Shown: one piece after another, positions 18,887 to 26,962 of the stretch
Layout: the number at the start of each line of letters is the position of its first letter
How positions within the stretch are numbered: position 1 is the first letter of the stretch
Origin: Chitinophagales bacterium
Lineage (GTDB): Bacteria > Bacteroidota > Bacteroidia > Chitinophagales > CAIODY01
Reading direction: 5' to 3'
Length of the DNA stretch: 64,000 bases
Assembly (NCBI GenBank): GCA_026461075.1
Contig: JAPJNH010000051.1
Span: forward strand, 1,816 to 65,815
Position numbers and translations under genes: made by a program
Notes under the pieces: generated by a model
The model's input: the letters and a program-made list of their open reading frames with translations, nothing else
Database searches by the model: none
Told to the model about the DNA's origin: nothing

Positions 18887-18894
18887 CAAATTTA
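18887..18894 (-). promoter_or_regulatory. -7 box TAaaTTTG for the PSP1-gldH-metF operon
   Basis: Exact TAnnTTTG on the minus strand, downstream of the purL stop. A CCCTTT/AAAGGG hairpin (18861-18878) lies in the leader. Confidence 0.45.
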
Positions 18895-18918
18895 ACTAAT
18901 TTTAAGCGATAACAGGGA

Positions 18919-21177
18919 TTAATCTTCTACCGGTATTGCTTTTCCTTTCTCCATGTAATATTCTAAGCTATTTTCATGAAGATATTGGTAGTCGTTTAAG
19001 GCTCCAAACTCAATTCCATTGATACTTAAAGTATCTCCACCCACGTTACCAATCAATTCTGCAGGAACCTTCATTTCGTTCATCAAAGCTTCAAAAGCAT
19101 CTTGATGTTCTGGGCGAATGCTCACTACGATACGACTTTGAGCTTCACCAAACAATAAAGCATCCGGACGCATATTATCATCACGCATTTCAATATCCGC
19201 ACCTAAACCATTCACCATCGCACTTTCCAAAAGCGTGATAAACAAACCTCCTTCTGAAATATCGTGTGCGGAAGTAACTAAGTCGGATTGAATTGCTTTA
19301 CGCATTCCTTGTTGTAAGCTTAATTCAGTATTCAAATCGAAATACGGTGCCGGAGAGTGTTTCACACGGCAGTAGTGAATCAAATACTGAGAGGAAGCGA
19401 TATCGTTTTTGTTTTCACCTAATAGATAAATGAAGTCTCCTTCGTTTTGGAAAGCCATGCCCGTCATATGTTCAGGCTTCTGCACCAAACCCACCATTCC
19501 TATAGTTGGGGTAGGTAAAACAGGAACATCATTACACTGATTATAGAAACTTACGTTACCACCTGTTACCGGGGTATCGAATTTTTCGCAAGCCTCTTTC
19601 ATTCCTAAAATGGCATTCGCGAAAGTATAATACACTTCTTCATTATACGGGTTACCGAAGTTCAAGCAATTGGTGATTGCCAAAGGCTCACCGCCCGAAC
19701 AAGTGATATTACGCGCCGCTTCTGCAACCGCAATAGCAGTTCCTTTGTGAGGCTCTGCATAGATATAGTACGGATTACAATCCACAGACATTGCAATCGC
19801 TTTATCAGTACCTTGAACGCGCACTACTGGAGCTGCACTTGGGTTATTGGTAGAACGGTTTCCTACTTGCACCATACTATCGTATTGACGATAGATCCAA
19901 CGCTTGCTTGCGATATTTGGTAAGGCTGCAATATGTTTTGCCACACTTACTAGATCTTCAGGTACTTCTACCCCTTCCATCTTGAAATTGCGAATAGTTC
20001 CGAAGTACGCAGGTTCTTTCATCGCACGTTCGTAAACTGGCGACTCTCCACCTAATACAAGGAAACGAGGGGTTACGCTAGCAATCATTTCACCGTTGAA
20101 GAAATATTCTAATTTCTCTTCTTTAGTTACTTCACCGATTACCGCGCAGTTCAAATCCCACTTTTCGAAAATATCTTCGATTTTCTTCTCCATTCCCTTT
20201 TTCGCTACCACTAGCATACGCTCTTGTGATTCACTCAAAAGGATTTCCCACGCCTTCATGTTTTGTTGACGCGTAGGCACTTTAGAAAGATCAATCTTCA
20301 TCCCTACTTCACCCTTAGCACTCATTTCTGCCGTAGAGCAAATGATTCCTGCGGCACCCATATCTTGCATACCCGCTACACAGCCAGCAGCAATCGCTTC
20401 CAAGGTTGCTTCCAATAATAGTTTCTCCATAAATGGATCACCTACCTGCACACTTGGCAATTCGTTTGCAGAATCCTCCGTGATATCAGCAGATGCAAAA
20501 GAAGCACCGTGGATACCGTCTTTTCCGGTAGCGGAGCCAACGATATATACTTTAGAACCAGGTTCGCCTGCCGTAGCAGAAACCGTTTGTCCTACTTTAA
20601 CAATCCCTGCGCTGAATGCATTTACCAACGGGTTGATATTATACGCTTCATCGAAATAAACTTCTCCTCCAACAGTAGGAACGCCAAAGCAATTGCCGTA
20701 GTCGCCAATTCCTTTCACGACACCACGCACTAAATGACGCGTATTGAAATGCTTGAAATCACCGAAACGTAGAGAGTTCAAAGAAGCGATTGGACGAGCG
20801 CCCATTGTGAATATATCGCGACTTATCCCTCCTACCCCGGTTGCAGCACCTTGGTACGGTTCGATAGCGGAAGGGTGATTGTGCGATTCGATTTTGAACG
20901 CACAAGCGTAGCCATCACCGATATCCACCAAACCTGCGTTTTCTTCACCTGCTTTAGCAAGAATATGTTTGCCATCTTTTGGCAACTTCTTTAACCAAAG
21001 AATTGAGTTTTTATAGCAGCAATGTTCACTCCACATTACGCTGAACATAGACAGCTCTGTGAAGTTAGGCTCGCGGCCCATCAAACTTTGTATTTTTTCC
21101 CATTCTTCTTGGCGCAAACCTAATTCCAATGCACCTTCTAGGGTCGCTTTCTGTAACTTATCGTTCGGAGTACTCAT
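18919..21177 (-). CDS. purL: Phosphoribosylformylglycinamidine synthase subunit PurL (short type)
   Basis: 752 aa with [35 protein letters not shown] and DCNPYY motifs. Confidence 0.9.
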   Translation of the reverse strand: MSTPNDKLQKATLEGALELGLRQEEWEKIQSLMGREPNFTELSMFSVMWSEHCCYKNSILWLKKLPKDGKHILAKAGEENAGLVDIGDGYACAFKIESHNHPSAIEPYQGAATGVGGISRDIFTMGARPIASLNSLRFGDFKHFNTRHLVRGVVKGIGDYGNCFGVPTVGGEVYFDEAYNINPLVNAFSAGIVKVGQTVSATAGEPGSKVYIVGSATGKDGIHGASFASADITEDSANELPSVQVGDPFMEKLLLEATLEAIAAGCVAGMQDMGAAGIICSTAEMSAKGEVGMKIDLSKVPTRQQNMKAWEILLSESQERMLVVAKKGMEKKIEDIFEKWDLNCAVIGEVTKEEKLEYFFNGEMIASVTPRFLVLGGESPVYERAMKEPAYFGTIRNFKMEGVEVPEDLVSVAKHIAALPNIASKRWIYRQYDSMVQVGNRSTNNPSAAPVVRVQGTDKAIAMSVDCNPYYIYAEPHKGTAIAVAEAARNITCSGGEPLAITNCLNFGNPYNEEVYYTFANAILGMKEACEKFDTPVTGGNVSFYNQCNDVPVLPTPTIGMVGLVQKPEHMTGMAFQNEGDFIYLLGENKNDIASSQYLIHYCRVKHSPAPYFDLNTELSLQQGMRKAIQSDLVTSAHDISEGGLFITLLESAMVNGLGADIEMRDDNMRPDALLFGEAQSRIVVSIRPEHQDAFEALMNEMKVPAELIGNVGGDTLSINGIEFGALNDYQYLHENSLEYYMEKGKAIPVED

Positions 21178-21284
21178 AATTATTCGAATAAGTGGCGAAA
21201 ATACGATTTGCGGAGGATATTTTGTAGCTTAATTATTCACAAAGGAGGTATACAATCGGATTGACCTAATTTCTAAGAAAACGT

Positions 21285-21292
21285 TATATTTG
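21285..21292 (+). promoter_or_regulatory. -7 box TAtaTTTG for the alpha-oxoamine synthase gene
   Basis: Exact TAnnTTTG with TTGACC 19 nt upstream (21261-21266). The leader is about 22 nt. Confidence 0.45.
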
Positions 21293-21318
21293 TGGTTCTT
21301 AACCAATAATCAGAAAGA

Positions 21319-22593
21319 ATGACAACGGATTTGTTTGCAAAGTTGCGTAAGGATTTAGGTCCTATTGGGCAACACTCTAAAATGGCACATGGCTATTTTG
21401 CATTCCCACGCTTAGAAGGGGAAATTGGAAGTCGAATGATGTTCAAAGGCAAAGAACGTATTGTTTGGAGCTTGAATAACTACTTAGGATTAGCGAATCA
21501 CCCAGAAGTGCGTGCGACAGATGCTAAAGCAGCTGCTGACTACGGATTTTCAACTCCAATGGGCGCGCGTATGATGAGTGGTAATAGCACAATCATCGAA
21601 ACATTTGAAAAAGAACTTGCTTCTTTTGTTCATAAACAAGACGCGTTCTTATTGAACTTCGGTTATCAAGGCGTAGTTTCTGTGATTGACGCAATCGTGA
21701 ACCGTCATGATGTCATTGTTTATGACGCTGAATCTCATGCTTGTATCTTGGATGGTGTTCGTTTACATATGGGTAAACGTTTCGTATTCAAGCACAATGA
21801 CATGGCTTCTTGTGAAGCGATGTTAGAAAAAGCGAAGAAAATCACCGATCAAACAGGTGGCGGTATTTTGGTGATTACGGAGGGTGTTTTTGGTATGAGT
21901 GGAAACCAAGGTAATTTGAAAGGAATTATCGAATTGAAAAAGAAATTTGACTTCCGTTTGATGGTAGACGACGCTCACGGCTTCGGTATGGTAGGTCCGA
22001 CAGGGGCTGGTACCGGAGAAGAGCAAGGTTGTCAGGATGGCGTTGACTTATACGTTTCTACTTTTGCAAAAGCGATGGCTTCTATCGGAGCATTCGTAGC
22101 GGGTGATGAAGATATCATCTGGTACTTGCGTTATAATATGCGTTCACAAATCTTCGCTAAGACCTTACCTATGCCATTGGTGATCGGTAATCGTAAGCGT
22201 TTGGAGATGTTGCGCACCATGCCTGAACTTCGTCAGAAGCTTTGGAAGAACGTGAAACATTTACAAGATGGCTTACGTGCAATTGGATTAAACTTAGGAA
22301 CTACCAATACTTGCGTAACCCCGGTATTCTTACAAGGCGGTGTCGCTCAGGCTACGCAAATCATTTATGATATCCGTGAAAAACACAATATTTTCTGTTC
22401 AGTGGTAACGTATCCAGTTATTCCAAAAGGACAAATCTTATTGCGTTTGATCCCTACGGCAGCGCATACTGAACAAGATATTGAATTGACGCTTGCAGCG
22501 TTCAAAGAGGTTTACGAAAAGTTAAATTCTGGCGCTTATGATGGCGATGAGGAAGCAGCTTTGAAGAAAATGTTTGAAGCAGTTCAATCTTAA
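21319..22593 (+). CDS. PLP-dependent alpha-oxoamine synthase family acyltransferase (Spt / CapB-SulA / Kbl / BioF family; substrate unresolved)
   Basis: NNYLGLANHPEV, DDAHGFG, and the PLP-lysine region VSTFAKAMASIGAF. Length is 424 aa. Confidence 0.8.
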   Translation: MTTDLFAKLRKDLGPIGQHSKMAHGYFAFPRLEGEIGSRMMFKGKERIVWSLNNYLGLANHPEVRATDAKAAADYGFSTPMGARMMSGNSTIIETFEKELASFVHKQDAFLLNFGYQGVVSVIDAIVNRHDVIVYDAESHACILDGVRLHMGKRFVFKHNDMASCEAMLEKAKKITDQTGGGILVITEGVFGMSGNQGNLKGIIELKKKFDFRLMVDDAHGFGMVGPTGAGTGEEQGCQDGVDLYVSTFAKAMASIGAFVAGDEDIIWYLRYNMRSQIFAKTLPMPLVIGNRKRLEMLRTMPELRQKLWKNVKHLQDGLRAIGLNLGTTNTCVTPVFLQGGVAQATQIIYDIREKHNIFCSVVTYPVIPKGQILLRLIPTAAHTEQDIELTLAAFKEVYEKLNSGAYDGDEEAALKKMFEAVQS

Positions 22594-22609
22594 GATACTT
22601 CTCAACAAT

Positions 22610-22647
22610 AAAAAAATCCCTGTCGTATTCGAACAGGGATTTTTTTT
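22610..22647. terminator. Bidirectional intrinsic terminator
   Basis: A7-TCCCTGT-cgtattcga-ACAGGGA-T8, shared by convergent genes. Confidence 0.75.
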
Positions 22648-23434
22648 AGCCTTTATAGTTCCATTTGAAGATGGCAAACAATACACGCGGAAAAAAGCGC
22701 ACCATAAAATGATTGGCAAGGCCAACTTTACAATGCAGTTTCCAATATTTCTTTCTCTTCAATTGCTTTAAAATACTTGAAGCGGTAACCTGACGAGAAT
22801 TGGTCAGCAAGGCATTTCTTAGAGGAACATCCACGGGCTGTCCATTTGCGTTGAGCGTTTTCTTCACGGCTTCATTTTCAGTAAAGCCGATATGGGCTAC
22901 GCCGACAAATACGCCATTAGCAGCTTCTTCTACATGTAAACTTTGCGCTAATGCCGTGAGCGACATTTTCGTCAATGAATACAAGGAATAATCTGGCAAG
23001 CCGTGCAGTCCGGCTATACTACCAACAAATAAGACGCTTCCTTTTTGCGCGCGAATAGCGGGCAGTACCAGGTTTGTTAAATATAAAACGCCTCTTAGAT
23101 TTGTATTAATAATTTCATCGATCACTTCACGTTTCATATCAGCAACTTTGCCGAAAGCAGACATCCCTGCATTATGAATAATGCCATCGATCTTTCCGTA
23201 TTGGGTAAGTGGGAAATCAGCCACCCGTTGACAATCTTCCCAAACACCCATATCCGCCACAACGTATTCTACAGCACCGAGTAAAGACAACTCTTCTTTC
23301 GCAAGACGTAAGCGATCTTCGTTTCTACCAGTTATGATCAACTGAGCATTCTGTTGAAGCAGTTGATAAGCTAGCTCTTTCCCAATTCCTTGCGAAGCGC
23401 CCGTTACAATAAATACTTTCTGATGAAAATCCAT
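22646..23434 (-). CDS. Classical short-chain dehydrogenase/reductase with a hydrophobic C-terminal tail
   Basis: Start trimmed to MDFHQKVFIVTGASQGIG. Contains HNAG, YSLTK (YxxxK) and the C-terminus ...HFMVRFFPRVLFAIFKWNYKG. Confidence 0.8.
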   Translation of the reverse strand: MDFHQKVFIVTGASQGIGKELAYQLLQQNAQLIITGRNEDRLRLAKEELSLLGAVEYVVADMGVWEDCQRVADFPLTQYGKIDGIIHNAGMSAFGKVADMKREVIDEIINTNLRGVLYLTNLVLPAIRAQKGSVLFVGSIAGLHGLPDYSLYSLTKMSLTALAQSLHVEEAANGVFVGVAHIGFTENEAVKKTLNANGQPVDVPLRNALLTNSRQVTASSILKQLKRKKYWKLHCKVGLANHFMVRFFPRVLFAIFKWNYKG

Positions 23435-23436
23435 GT

Positions 23437-24435
23437 TTACTTTTCTAAAATCCCGTTTGCACGATACCAAGCAACACATGACTGAACAGCCGTTTCAATA
23501 GGCGTTTGCGGCATCGCTAATTCATCCTGCGCCTTTGTAGAACTATAATATTGTTGAAGCAAGGAAAAGCGAGCCATAGAATAACTCAGCTGTGGTTTAT
23601 TCTTTAATAAACGCGCCATGATAGAGCTCACCGCTCCGAACAACAATACGATCCAACTCGGCATTGGGAATAATTTCCCATCCAAGCCTATGCTTGTTTT
23701 CACCTTCGCGAAAAAACCTTTATACGTTAGGTTTTCATTCCCGGCTATATAACATTCGCCTAAACGACCCATTTGAAGAGCGTTTACCGCAGCTACGGCC
23801 ACATCGGCGGCAGCCACAAAATTCTTACCCCCTTTGCTATAACCAGGTACTTTACCTCTCACTAATTGCAAAACCATTCTACCCGAAGTAAGATTCGCAT
23901 CATAGGCGCCAATCATAAAGGTTGGGTTAACCACGATTACTGGCAGGGCTTCACTTTGATGTAATTGCAATAATTTTACTTGTGCGTCATATTTGCTTTG
24001 GATATAATCGATTCCAAATCCTGACAAGGCATAGGCTGAATGCTCGTTCCCTGGTTCTTGTAAAGTTCCATGACCGAATGCACTCGCAGAGCTAATATAA
24101 ACGAGTCGTTGTAAGTTGTTTTTACGAACAGCTGCTGCGACATTCAAAGCACCTTGATAATTGACACGACATACTCTCTCGGAACGACGCGGCCACACAT
24201 CTGTCAAGGCAGCCACATGAATCACGGCATCTACCTCGGCTACGACACTATCTAACTGTTCGCTATTCAGCACATCCCCTTCGACAATCTTTATAGATTT
24301 GTCTTGCAATAAGGAGCTATCCTGACCAGGCAGAATGAAAGCGTGCACCTCATATTGTTGCTTTAACAGCTCCTTACAAATATGCGTGCCCAACATTCCA
24401 TTGGCACCGGTCACTAAGACTTTTTTAATCATCAT
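23437..24435 (-). CDS. Extended-SDR NAD-dependent epimerase/dehydratase-family reductase (3beta-HSD / NDUFA9-like)
   Basis: Start trimmed to MMIKKVLVTGANGMLG. Contains YIQSK (YxxxK). About 330 aa. Confidence 0.8.
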   Translation of the reverse strand: MMIKKVLVTGANGMLGTHICKELLKQQYEVHAFILPGQDSSLLQDKSIKIVEGDVLNSEQLDSVVAEVDAVIHVAALTDVWPRRSERVCRVNYQGALNVAAAVRKNNLQRLVYISSASAFGHGTLQEPGNEHSAYALSGFGIDYIQSKYDAQVKLLQLHQSEALPVIVVNPTFMIGAYDANLTSGRMVLQLVRGKVPGYSKGGKNFVAAADVAVAAVNALQMGRLGECYIAGNENLTYKGFFAKVKTSIGLDGKLFPMPSWIVLLFGAVSSIMARLLKNKPQLSYSMARFSLLQQYYSSTKAQDELAMPQTPIETAVQSCVAWYRANGILEK

Positions 24436-24437
24436 GA

Positions 24438-25634
24438 TTACACTCGACCCGGATATTGTTTCAAGGCAACCTCGAGACAATCCATTGCTTTATTTAAATC
24501 ACTTTCCTGCAATACGTAGGCTAAACGCACTTCATTTTTACCTAATCCTGCAGTAGCGTAGAACCCAGTTGCCGGAGCGCACATCACTGTTTGTCCTTCA
24601 TGACTGAAAGATTCCAATAACCATTGACAGAAAACATCTGCATCATCAATTGGTAATTTTGCAATCGCATAGAAGGCTCCACCAGGATTCGGACAGAAAA
24701 CACCATCCATTGCATTCAAGCGTTTTACAAGCACATTACGACGAGCGGTGTATTCGTCTTTCACTGTATCGAAATAATCGCTTGGAAGATCGATTGCTGC
24801 TTCGCCTGCAATTTGAGCAAGACCTGGAGGACTTAAACGAGCTTGGGCGAATTTCATAGCCGTATTCATCAATGCTTCGTTACGGGTAACGAAGGCGCCG
24901 ATACGTGCGCCGCAAGCAGAATAACGTTTTGAAATCGTATCCATCACCACTACATTATCATCTACTCCTTGCAATTGCAATGCAGAGAATGGTGTAGCTC
25001 CATCGTAACAAAATTCACGATAAGCTTCATCGCTGAACAAATACAAATTATACTTCTTCACTAAATCAGCCAAAGCTTCCATCTCGGCCTTTGAATATAA
25101 ATAACCAGTTGGGTTGTTCGGATTACAAATGATAATCGCTTTTGTCTTCGCACTAATCTTCGCTTCAAAATCTGCAATTGGAGGTAATGCAAATCCGTTT
25201 TCAATATGGGAAGTAATTGGAACGATATTCACTCCTGCTGCTACTGCAAAGCCATTATAGTTTGCATAAAATGGTTCTGGGATAATCACTTCATCACCTG
25301 GATCCAAACAAGCCATCATACCAAACAAAATCGCTTCGGAGCCACCTGTTGTAATCATGATTTGATTATGATTCAAGGCAATGCCAAAACGCTCGTAATA
25401 GCTCACTGACTTTTTACGATACGACTCAAAGCCTGCGCTATGGCTATATTCCAATACTTTGATATGGGCATTACGAACTGCTTCCAACATAGCTGGAGGC
25501 GTTTCAATATCCGGCTGACCGATATTGAGGTGATATACTTTTGTTCCACGCTTTTTTGCAGCTTCTGCAAAGGGAACTAATTTACGGATGGGTGAAGCGG
25601 GCATTGCGTCGCCACGCTTAGCTATTGAAGGCAT
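24438..25634 (-). CDS. Class I (aspartate/aromatic-type) PLP aminotransferase
   Basis: SPIRKL, NPNNPTG, SKRYSACGARIG motifs. 398 aa. Confidence 0.85.
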   Translation of the reverse strand: MPSIAKRGDAMPASPIRKLVPFAEAAKKRGTKVYHLNIGQPDIETPPAMLEAVRNAHIKVLEYSHSAGFESYRKKSVSYYERFGIALNHNQIMITTGGSEAILFGMMACLDPGDEVIIPEPFYANYNGFAVAAGVNIVPITSHIENGFALPPIADFEAKISAKTKAIIICNPNNPTGYLYSKAEMEALADLVKKYNLYLFSDEAYREFCYDGATPFSALQLQGVDDNVVVMDTISKRYSACGARIGAFVTRNEALMNTAMKFAQARLSPPGLAQIAGEAAIDLPSDYFDTVKDEYTARRNVLVKRLNAMDGVFCPNPGGAFYAIAKLPIDDADVFCQWLLESFSHEGQTVMCAPATGFYATAGLGKNEVRLAYVLQESDLNKAMDCLEVALKQYPGRV

Positions 25635-25637
25635 ATA

Positions 25638-26915
25638 TTAACGATTATTTTCAAATGATGATTTAATTAATTCCGCAACACGATAGATATCTTCGAAGCG
25701 ATTATACATCGGCACAGGTGCCATACGTATTACGCCTGGTTCGCGCCAGTCGGCAATCACTCCGTCTCGCGTTAGTTGATCGAATATACTACGACCTTGT
25801 GAATGGAAAGACAAGCTCAATTGGCAGCCTCTTTCATTCTCGGCAGTCGGTGTTAATATATCAAAAGGCACTCCTGCTGTTTGCAATGTTTGCATGCAGA
25901 ACAAGAAATAATTACTAAGCTGTTTTCCTTTTGCAAAAATGCGATCCATTCCTGCTTCGTCAAATAACTCTACAGCCGCCTTATGAACTGCCAATGCTAC
26001 TACTGGCGCATTGCTCAATTGCCAAGATTCTGCGGTGCCCATAGAAACGAAGCGATCTTCCATTTTAAAACGATTCGCTTCATCATGTCCCCACCAGCCG
26101 TGTAAACGTGGCAATGCTTCATTTTGGTGATGTTGCTCATGTACAAAAATTCCTCCTACTCCACCAGGGCCACTATTCAAATATTTATAGGTACACCAGC
26201 AAGCGAAATCAAGGCTCCAATCGTGCAATTTCAATTCCACATTACCTGTTGCATGTGCTAAGTCGAAACCGGCATAAGCACCAACGGCGTGCGCCGCTGC
26301 GGTGATACGCGCCATATCAAACAACTGACCCGTATAGAAATGAACGCCTCCGAACATTACTAAGGCTAATTCATCTTTATACTGCTCTATCGTAGCGAGA
26401 ATATCTTCCGTTCGCAAATAGGCTTCGCCCTCGCGCGATTTCATTTCTATAATCTCCTGCTGTGGATCAAGTCCATGCCAACGCACTTGCGATTCGATGG
26501 CATAGCGATCACTTGGGAATGGACGATTTTCAATTAAAATTTTCGTACGCTTTCCTTTCGGTTGATAGAAAGAAACTAGCAAAAAATGAAGGTTCGCCGT
26601 AAGCGAACCCATGGCAACGACTTCCTTCTTATTGGCACCAACGATACGCGACAAACTATCTTGCGTGAAATGATGATAATACAACCACGGATTTTTTCCG
26701 TGTACATGCCCTTCTACCCCTAATCCTGCCCAATCATTCAATTCAACTTGTAGGTGTTGTTGCACCGACTTCGGCTGTAAGCCAAGCGAATTACCACAAA
26801 GGTAGATAGCGTCTTGTCCATTCAATTGTGGAATAAAAAAACGATCTCTAAAAGAAGCCAAACTATCTGCTTGGTCGAGGCGTTGCGCGTATGCTAATGA
26901 AAATTCGTGTGTCAT
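25638..26915 (-). CDS. kynU: Kynureninase
   Basis: 425 aa with LCGNSLGLQP, FDLAHATGNV, CWCTYKYLNSGPGG and WWGH motifs characteristic of KynU. Confidence 0.9.
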   Translation of the reverse strand: MTHEFSLAYAQRLDQADSLASFRDRFFIPQLNGQDAIYLCGNSLGLQPKSVQQHLQVELNDWAGLGVEGHVHGKNPWLYYHHFTQDSLSRIVGANKKEVVAMGSLTANLHFLLVSFYQPKGKRTKILIENRPFPSDRYAIESQVRWHGLDPQQEIIEMKSREGEAYLRTEDILATIEQYKDELALVMFGGVHFYTGQLFDMARITAAAHAVGAYAGFDLAHATGNVELKLHDWSLDFACWCTYKYLNSGPGGVGGIFVHEQHHQNEALPRLHGWWGHDEANRFKMEDRFVSMGTAESWQLSNAPVVALAVHKAAVELFDEAGMDRIFAKGKQLSNYFLFCMQTLQTAGVPFDILTPTAENERGCQLSLSFHSQGRSIFDQLTRDGVIADWREPGVIRMAPVPMYNRFEDIYRVAELIKSSFENNR

Positions 26916-26931
26916 AGTAAAAATGCGTTCG

Positions 26932-26939
26932 CAAAGGTA
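26932..26939 (-). promoter_or_regulatory. -7 box TAccTTTG for the kynU operon
   Basis: Exact TAnnTTTG on the minus strand, 16 nt from the kynU ATG. Confidence 0.5.
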
Positions 26940-26962
26940 CGAAGATGCTTTGAAATTTCGGC

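Noticed and set aside
18919-21177. The short-type PurL (752 aa) rather than the large fused PurL, with no purS or purQ nearby.
   Set aside because: Split FGAM synthases with dispersed subunit genes are common. Nothing in the sequence itself is anomalous.
21182-21193. Perfect 12-bp palindrome TTATTCGAATAA, 4 nt upstream of the purL ATG, considered as a possible PurR-type box.
   Set aside because: It does not resemble the known PurR or PurBox consensus sequences. Short AT-rich palindromes are expected by chance in this composition, and it sits where a ribosome rather than a repressor would act.
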